DNA of 64,000 nt. It comes from Alphaproteobacteria bacterium. Its GTDB lineage: Bacteria; Pseudomonadota; Alphaproteobacteria; UBA828. Positions 36,153 through 46,082 of the stretch are shown piece by piece. The translations under genes and the position numbers were made by a program. The DNA is taken from NCBI GenBank assembly GCA_965221125.1, contig CBDCRW010000007.1, positions 384,001 to 448,000 of the forward strand, given 5' to 3'. A model generated the notes under the pieces. That model was not told the DNA's origin, ran no database searches, and was given only the letters and a program-made list of their open reading frames with translations. Position 1 is the stretch's first letter, and each line of letters begins with the position of its first letter.

Positions 36153-36749
36153 ATGGAAAAGCCGGCGCTGGCCGAGCACCCGATCAACGACACGATGAAG
36201 CGGCGCTGGAGCCCGCGCGCCTTCGCCCCGCGCCCGATGCCGCGCGAGGACGTCCTGACGATACTGGAAGCCGCGCGCTGGGCGGCGTCGAGCTTCAACC
36301 AGCAGCCCTGGCATTTCCTGGTCGCGACCCGGGACGAGGAGGAGCGATTCGCTCGGTTGCTCGGCTGCCTGGTGCCCGGCAACCAAGTGTGGGCGAAGAA
36401 TGCGTCGTTGCTCATCCTCACGGTCACCAAGCAGACGTTCGATCACAACGATTCACCCAACAGTTGCTGCGTCCACGATGTCGGCCTCACCGCCTGCCAG
36501 CTCGTCCTGCAGGCGACGGAGATGGGCTACGTCACTCACCAGATGGCGGGGATCGAAGCGGACAAGATCCGCGAGACCTATGGCGTGCCGGAGGGCTACG
36601 ATCCGGTGACGGGCATCGCCGTCGGCTACGCCGGGGATCCGGATGCGCTGCCCGCCGACCTCCGCGAGATGGAGCTCGGGCCGCGCACGAGGCGCCCGTT
36701 CAGCGAGTTCGTGTTCGCCGACCGCTGGGGACAGTCCGCCGGCTACTAG
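36153..36749 (+). CDS. Nitroreductase family protein
   Basis: RRWSPRAF, EAARWA.SS.N.QPW.F, HQMAG. Confidence 0.9.
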   Translation: MEKPALAEHPINDTMKRRWSPRAFAPRPMPREDVLTILEAARWAASSFNQQPWHFLVATRDEEERFARLLGCLVPGNQVWAKNASLLILTVTKQTFDHNDSPNSCCVHDVGLTACQLVLQATEMGYVTHQMAGIEADKIRETYGVPEGYDPVTGIAVGYAGDPDALPADLREMELGPRTRRPFSEFVFADRWGQSAGY

Positions 36750-36810
36750 ACGACCCTCAGGGCTCCCTCGAGATCCAAGCGAACGCAGTCAGGCCGATCT
36801 GGGGCGAAGG

Positions 36811-37248
36811 ATGTCCGACTTCCACTTGAGCGTCGGCGAGCAGGTCACGTTTGCCAAGACCGTTGGCGAGAGTGACGTTTATCTGTTCGCGGGCATTACC
36901 GGCGACCTCAACGGCCTTCACGTGAACGAGCAGTTCATGTCCGGCACGGCCTACGGGCGGCGCATCGCTCACGGCGCCCTGCTGGTGGGTTTCATGTCCA
37001 CGACGTCGACCATGATGATCGCCCGCTGCGCCGAGGGGGAAAGCGACGAGACCCCCGTTTCGCTTGGCTACGAACGAATTCGCTTCATCGCGCCCGTCTA
37101 TATCAACGACACGGTGAGCGTCACCTACACGGTTGCGCGGATCGACGAGGAGCGCCGGCGCGCGCTGTCCGATATCGAGGTCGTCAACCAGCGGGGCGAG
37201 ACGGTGGCCGTGGCGCAACACATCATCAAGTGGGTACCGCAGGGGTAA
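36811..37248 (+). CDS. MaoC family dehydratase
   Basis: KTV.ESDV..FAGITGD.N..H, RIAHGAL, RF.APV...DT. Confidence 0.88.
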   Translation: MSDFHLSVGEQVTFAKTVGESDVYLFAGITGDLNGLHVNEQFMSGTAYGRRIAHGALLVGFMSTTSTMMIARCAEGESDETPVSLGYERIRFIAPVYINDTVSVTYTVARIDEERRRALSDIEVVNQRGETVAVAQHIIKWVPQG

Positions 37249-37277
37249 ACGGCCATCGTATCCAGGGAGGATGAATC

Positions 37278-37562
37278 ATGGCGCGCGCACTCTGGCAGGG
37301 GCAGGTCATCGCCGAGTCCGACAGTTACGAAAGCGTCGAGGGCAACGTCTACTTCCCGCCGGATACGGTGAACCGGGCGCTCCTCACCCCGAGTTCGACG
37401 ACCACCGTCTGCGGCTGGAAAGGCACGGCGCACTATTACTCCATCGAGGTCGGAGGCGAGCGCAATGCGGACGCCGCGTGGTATTACCCCGACCCGAAGC
37501 CTGCGGCCGAAAACATCCGGGACCATGTCGCATTCTGGCGAGGAGTCACCGTCGAGTCGTGA
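37278..37562 (+). CDS. DUF427 domain protein
   Basis: [35 protein letters not shown]. Confidence 0.88.
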   Translation: MARALWQGQVIAESDSYESVEGNVYFPPDTVNRALLTPSSTTTVCGWKGTAHYYSIEVGGERNADAAWYYPDPKPAAENIRDHVAFWRGVTVES

Positions 37563-37632
37563 GCCGGGAGCGTCCCTCGGCGGCACGCGTGGTCTCGTAC
37601 CCGGAGGCGCGCAACGGAAGGCAGGAAACCCG

Positions 37633-38922
37633 ATGCCTCGATACCTGAAGACCGGCATCAGCGATGCCGAAGCGGCAGAGGCGGACTCGAAGGTCCGCCG
37701 CGTCGTGGAAGACGCGTTGAACGACATCGACAAGCGGGGCGATGCGGCCGTGCGGGAAATGTCGATCAAGTTCGACAAGTGGGAGCGCGACGATTTTCGC
37801 CTGAGCGAAGCGGAGATCGAGGCCTGCCTGGACCGGGTGCCGAGCCGGGACCGCGAGGACATCCTCTTTGCCCAGGAGCAGATCCGCAATTTCGCGCAGG
37901 CCCAGCGCGATGCGCTCCAGGACGTCGAGGTCGAGACCCTGCCGGGCGTGGTGCTCGGCCACAGGAACATCCCGGTGAATTCGGTCGGCTGCTACGTGCC
38001 GGGCGGCAAGTATCCGATGGTGGCGTCGGCCCACATGTCGGTGGTGACGGCGAAGGCTGCGGGGGTCGCGCGCATCGCGACCTGTGCGCCGCCCTTCAAG
38101 GGGAAGCCGGCGCCTGCGATCGTCGCCGCCCAGCATCTGGCGGGCGCCGACGAGATCTACGTGCTGGGCGGCATCCAGGCGGTTGGCGCCATGGCGCTCG
38201 GCACCGGCAGCATTGCCGCGGTCGACATGCTGGTCGGCCCCGGCAACGCCTTCGTGGCGGAGGCCAAGCGACAGCTCTTCGGCCGCGTCGGCATCGACCT
38301 CCTGGCGGGGCCCACCGAGACGCTGGTGATCGCGGACGACACGGTGGATGGCGAGCTTTGCGCCGCCGACCTGCTCGGCCAGGCCGAGCACGGGCCGACG
38401 TCTCCGGCGACGCTGCTGACCAACTCCGAAGCCCTCGCCCACCAGACGATTGCCGAGGTCGAGCGCCAGCTCACCATCCTGCCGACTGCCGGGATCGCGG
38501 GGCAGGCGTGGCGGGACTACGGGCAGGTGATCGTCTGCGACACGCTCGACGAGATGGTGTCGGTGGCGGACGAGATCGCCGCCGAGCACGTGCAGGTCAT
38601 GACCGAGGACCCCGACTGGTTCCTCGAGCGCATGACCAACTACGGCGCGCTCTTCCTCGGTCCCCGAACCAATGTCTCCTACGGCGACAAGGTGATCGGC
38701 ACCAACCACACGCTGCCGACGCGCCGGGCCGCGCGCTATACGGGCGGCCTCTGGGTCGGCAAGTTCCTCAAGACCTGCACCTATCAGAGAGTGCTGACCG
38801 ACGAGGCGTCTACCATGGTCGGCGAGTACTGCTCCAGGCTGTGCGCGCTGGAGGGCTTCGCCGGACACAAGGAGCAGGCCGACATCCGCGTGCGCCGCTA
38901 TGGCGGGAAGAACCTTGCCTGA
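37633..38922 (+). CDS. Histidinol dehydrogenase homolog (HpsN-like)
   Basis: GCYVPGG, GPGN.FVAEAK, AGP.E, QAEH, EH, GTNH.LPT; N-terminal YLK and YGDK resemble the HpsN-like clade rather than canonical HisD. Confidence 0.8.
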   Translation: MPRYLKTGISDAEAAEADSKVRRVVEDALNDIDKRGDAAVREMSIKFDKWERDDFRLSEAEIEACLDRVPSRDREDILFAQEQIRNFAQAQRDALQDVEVETLPGVVLGHRNIPVNSVGCYVPGGKYPMVASAHMSVVTAKAAGVARIATCAPPFKGKPAPAIVAAQHLAGADEIYVLGGIQAVGAMALGTGSIAAVDMLVGPGNAFVAEAKRQLFGRVGIDLLAGPTETLVIADDTVDGELCAADLLGQAEHGPTSPATLLTNSEALAHQTIAEVERQLTILPTAGIAGQAWRDYGQVIVCDTLDEMVSVADEIAAEHVQVMTEDPDWFLERMTNYGALFLGPRTNVSYGDKVIGTNHTLPTRRAARYTGGLWVGKFLKTCTYQRVLTDEASTMVGEYCSRLCALEGFAGHKEQADIRVRRYGGKNLA

Positions 38923-39700
38923 GCTTCAGGGCGAGGGCACGCTGCCGAAGACGCCGTCCTTCCGGCTCGACGGCAAGCGGGCGCTCGTCACCGGGGCCAG
39001 CCGCGGCCTCGGCCGCGCCTGCGCCGCCGCGCTCGCCGAAGCCGGCGCCCGGGTCGTGCTCGCGGCGCGTGGCCACGATGACCTGGAGCGAGCAGCAAGT
39101 GAGATCGAGGCGGCGGGCGGCGTCACGGAGATCCTGCCGCTGGACATCGCCGACGTGGAGCAGGCAGCGGCGGTGCTCGCAGCACTCGGGCCGGTCGACA
39201 TCCTCGTCAACAACGCCGGCGGCAACCGCCCCGCCGCATTGCTCGACGTGACGGTGGAGGATTTCGACGCGGTCATGGGCATCAACGTGCGCGGCGCCTA
39301 CTTCTGCGCTCAGGCGGTCGCGCGGGAAATGGTCGCCGCGGAGCGGCACGGCGTCATCATCAACATGTCGTCCCAGATGGGCCACGTGGGCGGGCCAAGG
39401 CGCACGGTCTACTGCGCCACCAAGCACGCGATCGAAGGCATGACCAAGGCGATGGCGATGGACCTCGCCCCGTACAACATCCGGGTCAACGCCATCGGCC
39501 CGACCTTCATTTCCACACCGATGACCGTGCCGTTTCTCGAAGATCCCGCGTTCAAGGAGGACACGCTGAGCCGGATCGCGCTCGGGCGCCTCGGCGAGCT
39601 TCCCGACGTGATGGGCGCCGTCGTGTTTCTGGCAAGCGATGCCGCCAGCCTGATAACCGGCGCGAGCCTGTTGATCGACGGCGGTTGGACTGCGCAATAG
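38900..39700 (+). CDS. SDR family oxidoreductase
   Basis: [22 protein letters not shown]; exact start uncertain. Confidence 0.88.
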   Translation: MAGRTLPELQGEGTLPKTPSFRLDGKRALVTGASRGLGRACAAALAEAGARVVLAARGHDDLERAASEIEAAGGVTEILPLDIADVEQAAAVLAALGPVDILVNNAGGNRPAALLDVTVEDFDAVMGINVRGAYFCAQAVAREMVAAERHGVIINMSSQMGHVGGPRRTVYCATKHAIEGMTKAMAMDLAPYNIRVNAIGPTFISTPMTVPFLEDPAFKEDTLSRIALGRLGELPDVMGAVVFLASDAASLITGASLLIDGGWTAQ

Positions 39701-39935
39701 CTGTACACAATCCGAGCAATTTGCGGAAGTACGGGGAAAATCTACCCCTGAATATCGGTGGAAAAGCACGACTAAATTTCTTCTATCAAGGCAGTTGAAC
39801 GACTTTTGTGTATACCCCCAAGATAGATTGGTATGCCTATACCGAATATCGCCACATATGCTGCTTTCAATCAATGGCATGTCTGCTATATGGCGGAAAG
39901 TTCGAGAATCGCTGGCATTCGACGGAGGTGAATTC

Positions 39936-40226
39936 ATGGCGAGACGGTCTGCGACCAGCTTCGACGAGAGCACATTGACCAAGGGTCAACGCCGCAAACT
40001 GGACACACTGCGAAATTCCGTGGGTGACGAGATCGGTGAGCGTGCGTTCGCTGCCTGGTATGCCAAGCAACCGAAGCCTGTCGAGCCTGAAGTGGACCAC
40101 GACGCCGCGTTGATCGTCGATACGCTCTGGCCGCTCGTCCGGGACGGTACGCTGGCAATTCCGCGGGGCGGGTATCTGCTTCGTCGCGGCCGTCACCGAC
40201 TCATTTGCGAGCCCGCAAGAAAATAG
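39936..40226 (+). CDS. Small basic hypothetical protein (96 aa)
   Basis: GGAGGTG RBS before ATG; preceded by an AT-rich promoter-like region. Confidence 0.6.
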   Translation: MARRSATSFDESTLTKGQRRKLDTLRNSVGDEIGERAFAAWYAKQPKPVEPEVDHDAALIVDTLWPLVRDGTLAIPRGGYLLRRGRHRLICEPARK

Positions 40227-40436
40227 AAATGCGGAGCTTCAGCCACCCGGCATTCGGGAGGCGTTGAACGACCGGGACGAGAATGGGCCGAGCTTGTCTC
40301 GGCCTTGTTCTTGACGAAGTTTCGGCGGGTACGAACGCCAGTATGTCCTTGCACATAGCCGAATATCAATCTCTCCAATCCGTGCAAAGAGGCGTGATTA
40401 GAGACGAATAGGTAAGCCGCGGAGGTCCGCCAATAC

Positions 40437-40495
40437 CCCGGACCATGGTGCGGTGCACAGGCGCTCCGGCGCGAGGCATTGTCCGCGCCATGAAC
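40437..40495 (+). promoter_or_regulatory. Conserved motif copy B, upstream of the phage-like operon
   Basis: CCCGGACCATGGTGCGGTGCAC ... GCGCCATGAACG, shared with 113-185. Confidence 0.45.
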
Positions 40496-41142
40496 GCTCT
40501 GAACGCTCCAACGCCCATCCACCACCCCGCCCGAGGCGCGGCGCACCGATGCCGCGCCCGTCGGGTTCCGGCTCACCATTTCCACACGTGCGGACGCGCA
40601 CCCATTCGATTCCACGCGCGTGGGGGCGCGCGATGAGCGCGCTCGACGGGTGGATCGACATCTGCCGTGCCGGCACCTGGCGCGACATGCAAGGCCACGA
40701 CGTGCGCCTCGACGAGGATCGGCTTGATCGCATCGTGGCGACGCACGCCGCCGCCGATCCGGCGCCGGTCGTGATCGGTCATCCCGAGACCGACGCGCCG
40801 GCCTTTGCCTGGATCGACGGGCTGCGCCGCGCCGGCGACCGGCTGCAGGCGAAGCTCCGCGACATCGCGCCGGCCTTCCGCGAGGCGGTGGAGGCGGGAC
40901 GCTACAGCGGCCGCTCGATCGCTCTCCAGGGCGACACGCTGCGCCACGTCGGATTCCTGGGCGGCCGCGCGCCGGCAGTGCCGGGGCTCGCGCCGACCCG
41001 CTTCGCGGCTGCGCCCGAGACGGTGGTCGCTTTCACCGACGACGGCGACGCGGACCGTTCAGACGACTCACCCGCAGACCACCCCGACTCTCTCCGCGCC
41101 CTGGAGCCGGGAGGAGACGAAGACGGCGACAGCCTCGTCTCG

Positions 41143-41170
41143 CTCCCCGCGCCTCAGGGGCGGGGAGAGG
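41143..41170. repeat. REP-like hairpin embedded in the protease linker
   Basis: CTCCCCGCGCC-TCA-GGGGCGGGGAG-AGG, similar to the element at 17-60. Confidence 0.4.
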
Positions 41171-41218
41171 CCGAAGAGGACGACGGTGATGAGGACGGCA
41201 ACGAACGTGTCGCCCTAG

Positions 41219-42831
41219 CCCGAATTATTCATGGCAGGTCTGGTTTTGGGGTGGCGGACGTAGCGTAAGTCGTTGCCATCGGGTAGGAATTCGTTGCCGA
41301 GGCGTCTTCCTCTCCGAACAACGAAAATGCCACGCCCGCCATGACCGACGATAGTCTTCTTCCCTTCGATCTGCCAAGCGTCCAACGCAAGAAGGTGAGC
41401 GCCGCCTTCGACGGCGGCCTGATCTCGTCTGACGGCGGCCTCGTCCTGCTTCGTGAGGCGGAACGCAGCTTGCGCCTGGCCGAGACCCTGGCCGGCTGCA
41501 TCCGCGACCGGCGCAAGCAGGCGCAGGTGATCCACTCGCTCTCGGCCATGCTGCGCTTCCGCATGTTCGCCATTGCGTGTGGCTACGAAGATGCCGACGA
41601 CTGCGACGCGCTGCGCGCGGACCCTCTGTTCAAGCTGGCCTCAGGCAAGGCGCCGGAGAGCGGCCGCGCACTCTGCTCCCAGCCGACCATGAGCCGCCTG
41701 GAGAACGCGCCGTCTCGTATCGAGGTGGCGCGCATGACGGCGGCGCTGGTCGATCTCTTCTGCCGCAGCTTCCAAGCCCCTCCCGCCGCCATAACCCTTG
41801 ACATCGACGACACCTGCGATGCGGTGCACGGCCACCAGCAGCTCTCGCTCTTCAACGCTCATTACGACACGCGCTGCTTCCTGCCCGTCCACGTCTACCA
41901 TGTGGAAAGCGGCAAGCCGGTGGCGGTCCTCCTGCGCCCGGGCAAGACGCCGTCGGGCCCTGAGGTCCGCACCCTCATCAAGCATCTGGTCCGCCGCATC
42001 CGCCGCCACTGGCCGCACACCCGGATCGTCTTCCGCGGAGACAGCCACTACGGCCGCCCGGAAGCCATGGCCTGGTGCGAGGAGAACGGGGTCGACTACA
42101 TCTTCGGCCTCGCGGGCAACCGCGCGCTGCACGCGCTCGCATACGAGATGGCCGACGATCTCAAGGTGCGCCGCGCCAAGGCCGGCGCAGACAGGATGCG
42201 CAGCTTCACCGCCTTCGACTACGCCGCCCGCTCCTGGAGCTGCGAACGCCGGGTCGTCGCCCGGCTCGAGGCGAGCACCCGCGGCTTCGATGCCCGCTAT
42301 GTCGTCACCTCACTCAAGGGCGAGCCCCGCCATCTCTACGAAGACATCTACTGCGCCCGCGGCCAGGCCGAGAACCTGATCAAGATGCACAAGGGCCAGC
42401 TCGCCTCGGACCGCACCTCCTGCCAGAGCCCGCTCGCCAATCAGCTCAGGCTGGTCCTCCACACCGCAGCCTACTGGCTCATGCTCGCGCTGCGCGACGC
42501 CATTCCCCGCGCCGCGCCGCTCGCCCGTGCAGAGTTTGCAACCCTCAGGCTGCGCCTCCTCAAGATCGGTGCCCGCGTCATCGAGAAGGCCACCCGCATC
42601 CGCATCCACTTCGCCTCGGCCTGCCCCGACGCCGCCCTCTTCCGCCTGCTCGCAGGCCGCCTCGCCGCAGCAGGCCCATGAGCGACGGGGCGGCGTGCCC
42701 CAATCACCCAGGCTCCATAAACCATCAACCCGATAACGACCATCCTCAGTTCCCGACGCCAAACCGCGTCAGGCCCCGACGCGCCCAATCAACCGAGCAT
42801 CAAGTGCAAGGCAGTCCATGAATAGGTCGGG
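41219..42831 (+). mobile_element. IS1380 family insertion sequence (1613 bp)
   Basis: Terminal IRs CCCGAATTATTCATGG / CCCGACCTATTCATGG (14/16); CTAG duplicated at 41215-41218 and 42832-42835. Confidence 0.93.
41341..42681 (+). CDS. IS1380 family DDE transposase
   Basis: FDGG.ISSDGG, GYED.DD, SQPTMSRLEN, LDIDDT, RGDS, Y..RG.AEN.IK. Confidence 0.95.
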   Translation: MTDDSLLPFDLPSVQRKKVSAAFDGGLISSDGGLVLLREAERSLRLAETLAGCIRDRRKQAQVIHSLSAMLRFRMFAIACGYEDADDCDALRADPLFKLASGKAPESGRALCSQPTMSRLENAPSRIEVARMTAALVDLFCRSFQAPPAAITLDIDDTCDAVHGHQQLSLFNAHYDTRCFLPVHVYHVESGKPVAVLLRPGKTPSGPEVRTLIKHLVRRIRRHWPHTRIVFRGDSHYGRPEAMAWCEENGVDYIFGLAGNRALHALAYEMADDLKVRRAKAGADRMRSFTAFDYAARSWSCERRVVARLEASTRGFDARYVVTSLKGEPRHLYEDIYCARGQAENLIKMHKGQLASDRTSCQSPLANQLRLVLHTAAYWLMLALRDAIPRAAPLARAEFATLRLRLLKIGARVIEKATRIRIHFASACPDAALFRLLAGRLAAAGP

Positions 42832-43358
42832 CTAGCCGAGCGGGAAGCCTCGCTCGCGGTGCGGGAGGAAGCGCTGCTGGCGCGGGAGGCAGCCGCCGCG
42901 GCAGACGACCGCCGCCGGGCGGCGGAGGCCGCGATTGCGCCGCATGTGGAAGCGGGGCGCATCCTGCCTGCGGAGCGGCCCGCGCTCGTCGCCCTGTTCA
43001 CCGCACTCGACGGCGAGGGGAGACGGGATGACGAGGGCGCCGACGATGGCTGCGTCACGGTCTCGTTCGCGTCCGCATCGGGCGACGAGGTGCAGATGCG
43101 GCCCGCCGCCATTCTCGAACGGTTCATCGAGGGCCTGCCCAGGCGTGTCGACTACCGCACGCTCGCGGGCGGCCCGGTGCCAGGCGCATCGGCCCTCACG
43201 GGCTCTCACGAAGGTACGGGCGAGGACAGCGAACGGATCGCTGCCGAGGCCCGCACGCTGATGGCGGCGGAGGCGGAGAGGGGCGTCACCCTCACGCCCG
43301 CCGAAGCCGTCGACCGGGCGCGCGCGAGGCGCGGACTCGGCATCCAAGGAGGAACGCA

Positions 43359-43715
43359 ATGAGTCATGTGTTGATGTGGCGAGCGGCGGACGCCGGCGGT
43401 GCCGTCGCCTCGCACCGGATCGTCAAGTACGGCGATGCGGACGGCAAGGTGGTGCAGTCCGCCGCTGCCGAGGACGCCCACGTCGGGGTCTCCGGTCGGG
43501 CGTCGGCCGCCTCAGGCGGGCGCGTCGAGATCGCCCGCGCCGGCATCGCCGACGTCCAGTACGGCGGCAACGTCGCGCGGGGCGCGCTGCTCACCGCCGA
43601 TGCCGACGGCAAGGCGGTGGCCGCCGCCGACGGCAATCGCGTCATTGGCATCGCCGAGGTTTCCGGCGCCGCCGGGGACATCGGCCAGGTGCTGCTGGCG
43701 CCCGGCCTCCACTGA
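43359..43715 (+). CDS. Capsid decoration/cement protein (DUF2190-like)
   Basis: Gly/Ala-rich 118 aa, G.LT.DADGKAV, IGIA..SG.AGD; lies between scaffold and capsid genes. Confidence 0.7.
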   Translation: MSHVLMWRAADAGGAVASHRIVKYGDADGKVVQSAAAEDAHVGVSGRASAASGGRVEIARAGIADVQYGGNVARGALLTADADGKAVAAADGNRVIGIAEVSGAAGDIGQVLLAPGLH

Positions 43716-43725
43716 GGGAATCACC

Positions 43726-44700
43726 ATGGATCACGAAACCGCTCAGCTCGCTTCCGGCCCCTACGAGGTCCAGACCCGGCTCACGCAGATCGCGCAGGCG
43801 GCGATGCCCTCCGGCCTGATCGCCGACGAGGTCTGCCCGCGCGTCCGCACCGGGTTCAAGTTCACCTACACGACGCTCACCGAAGAGGACCTGCTCACCA
43901 TCCCGGACGTCCGCGCCTCCCGCGCGGGCCACCTCAACCAGGTCGAGTTCGGCGCCACGGATACCACGGCAAGCGTCGTGGATTACGGCCTCGAAGACCC
44001 CGTCCCCTCACGCGACATCGAAGAGGCGCGCGCCCAGGAGGTCGCCTACGACCCCCTGGAGCAGGCGGCGATCTCGACCGCCGAGTTGGTGAAGCTCGCG
44101 CGCGAGCGGCGTGTCGCCGACCTGGTGACGACTGCGGCCAACTACGCGGCCGGCCATTCCACGACGCTCAACGGCAACGCGCGGTGGAGCCACGCCAGCT
44201 CGAATCCCCGCAAGGCGATCCTGGAGGCCCTCGACGTGCCGCTGGTGCGCCCCAACACGCTGGTGTTCGGCCAGAAGGTGTGGACCGCCCTGCGCCAGCA
44301 CCCGAAGATCGTGGAGGCTGTGGTCGCCACCGGCGCCGGCGACGAAGCCTCCGGCATCGTCATGAAGGAGGCGGTCGCCGAGCTCTTCGAGGTCGACCGC
44401 GTGCTGGTGGGCAAGGCCTGGTACCAGAGCGCCAAGCGCGGCCAGGCCGACTCCTTCGCGCGCCTCTGGGGCAAGCACGCGTGCGCCATCCACGTGCGCC
44501 ACGACATGGTGTCCGCCCGCGACCGCATGCCCAAGTTCTGCTGGACCGCCGATGCGCTGGGCGGGCTGCAGGTCGGCACCTATGAGGAGCCGGCGCGCGG
44601 CGTCAATCGGGGCTCCACGGTCGTCAAGGTCAGCGAATGCGTCAAGGAGCTGGTGGCCTATGGCCGTGCCGGCTACCTCTGGCGCGACGCGGTGGCCTGA
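43726..44700 (+). CDS. Major capsid protein (Mu-like phage type)
   Basis: LT.IA, LIADEV.PRV, RE.RVA.LV, W....S.P, RPNTLV.G..VW..LR.HPKI, WGKH, AGY...DAVA C-terminus. Confidence 0.8.
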   Translation: MDHETAQLASGPYEVQTRLTQIAQAAMPSGLIADEVCPRVRTGFKFTYTTLTEEDLLTIPDVRASRAGHLNQVEFGATDTTASVVDYGLEDPVPSRDIEEARAQEVAYDPLEQAAISTAELVKLARERRVADLVTTAANYAAGHSTTLNGNARWSHASSNPRKAILEALDVPLVRPNTLVFGQKVWTALRQHPKIVEAVVATGAGDEASGIVMKEAVAELFEVDRVLVGKAWYQSAKRGQADSFARLWGKHACAIHVRHDMVSARDRMPKFCWTADALGGLQVGTYEEPARGVNRGSTVVKVSECVKELVAYGRAGYLWRDAVA

Positions 44701-44703
44701 GCC

Positions 44704-45684
44704 ATGGCCGCATCCCCTCCTGATCCACTCTGCGGCCTCGGCTATTCGCCGGCAGACCCGCGCCAGTCGCCCGCCGAGGGCGCGGTCTGCCGGCACGCCG
44801 AGCGCCTGCTCAACATGGTCCACGCCTATTGCGAGATCCGGGACTCGTGGACCGGGTGGCTGCGCTCCGGTGCCATGAGCCGGACGCTGTTCGAGCGGAT
44901 CATCCCGGAGATGCGCGACCTCCAGGCCGCCGAGCGGCGCATCGTGGAGCGGCCGTCGGTAACGCTGCTGGCGGTGCTCGACTACGCCGCACGCGCGCGG
45001 CAGGCGGTGCGGGCGTACACGCCGCGCGAGGGCATCGACCATCCGCAGCCGGCGCTGCCGGACGGGGTGCGCGATGCCTGCGAGCGGATGGCGAGGGAGG
45101 CAGACCAGGCCGACCGTGCCGCCCGCCGCGCGGCCGCGCGCGAATACGCGGCGCGCATGGCCGACGCCATCGAGCGCGAGCGTGAGGAGGAAGCTCGCCG
45201 CCGGAAAGCGATGGTCGGGGCCGGCGTGACCGAGACGCCGGACGAGGCCAGGCGGGCGAGCGCCGCCGTGGAGGCTCGCATCGCGCTCTATGAGAGTGAA
45301 ATCCGGCGTGTCTACGCGAAAGCCGGTCTCGGCCCGGACGGCAAGGCCGAAGCCGCCGAAGCGCCGGCCGAGCCGCCGCCCGCTGCGACCGGAGTCGCCG
45401 TCCACTGGCACGTCCGCACGCGCCGGTGGGGCAGGACGATCCTGACACCCACGGCGGAAACCGCGCCCCGCTTCGCGGAGCGGCTGCTGCTGGTCGACCG
45501 GGGCAAGCGCGGCGGTGTGCTGCGCGCGTTCGGCGAGCCAGCGCTCGACGGTCTGCGCCAGACGATCAACGGCGTCGCCTTCCGCCTGAGCCACCGGCCG
45601 ACTGTCGCCGCGCGCCTTCGGCGCGACGCAGCTCGCTACGACGCGCGGCTCACGCCCGCGCAGGTCCGGGAGATGCGCACATGA
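44704..45684 (+). CDS. Hypothetical protein with central coiled coil
   Basis: 326-aa ORF tightly packed between capsid and gp36-like genes (ATGA overlap downstream). Confidence 0.6.
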   Translation: MAASPPDPLCGLGYSPADPRQSPAEGAVCRHAERLLNMVHAYCEIRDSWTGWLRSGAMSRTLFERIIPEMRDLQAAERRIVERPSVTLLAVLDYAARARQAVRAYTPREGIDHPQPALPDGVRDACERMAREADQADRAARRAAAREYAARMADAIEREREEEARRRKAMVGAGVTETPDEARRASAAVEARIALYESEIRRVYAKAGLGPDGKAEAAEAPAEPPPAATGVAVHWHVRTRRWGRTILTPTAETAPRFAERLLLVDRGKRGGVLRAFGEPALDGLRQTINGVAFRLSHRPTVAARLRRDAARYDARLTPAQVREMRT

Positions 45685-46082
45685 CCTACGCGACCCGCGC
45701 GGATCTCGATGCGCGCTTCGGCGCGGAAGAGGCGCTGGACCTCGCCGGGATGCAGGCCGGGCGGATCGAGTCCGCGCTCTCCGACGCGGCGGCCGAGATC
45801 GATGCGGCGCTCGCCGCTGCCTATCGCCTGCCGCTCGCGGGCGGCCCCTGGCCGCGGCTTATTGGCATCGCCTGCGACCTGGCCCGGCGTGCGCTCTACG
45901 ACGACGTCTCGTCAGCCGAAGTCGATGCGCGGGCCGAGCGGGCGCGTGCGGCGCTCGCCCGCCTCGCCGCCGGTGAGGAAGCGCTCCTCGACGACTCGGG
46001 CCGCCCGGCACCCCGACGCGACAGCGCCACGCGCGGCGGCTCGGCGCCCGCGCTCACGCCCGACAGCCTGGCGGGGTTGTGA
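45681..46082 (+). CDS. Head-tail connector, Mu gp36/DUF1320 family
   Basis: MTYAT..DL..RFG.EE, AL.DA.AEID..L...Y.LPL, ACDLAR..LY. Confidence 0.85.
   Translation: MTYATRADLDARFGAEEALDLAGMQAGRIESALSDAAAEIDAALAAAYRLPLAGGPWPRLIGIACDLARRALYDDVSSAEVDARAERARAALARLAAGEEALLDDSGRPAPRRDSATRGGSAPALTPDSLAGL

Larger units (their letters stand above)
40633..43362 (+). pseudogene. Mu-like prohead protease/scaffold gene split by IS1380
   Basis: WIDICRAGTW.DM.G, APVVIGHP, PAFAWI, RY..RSI, LRHVGFLG..APAVPGL; removing 41219-42835 restores a 370-aa frame (..NERVAL-AEREASLAVREE..). Confidence 0.85.

Noticed and set aside
37633-38922. Calling this gene hisD
   Set aside because: Motifs and context fit a HisD paralog; symbol withheld
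41341-42681. IS transposase as the Mu transposase of the module
   Set aside because: It has its own IRs and target duplication and interrupts a structural gene, so it is a secondary insertion
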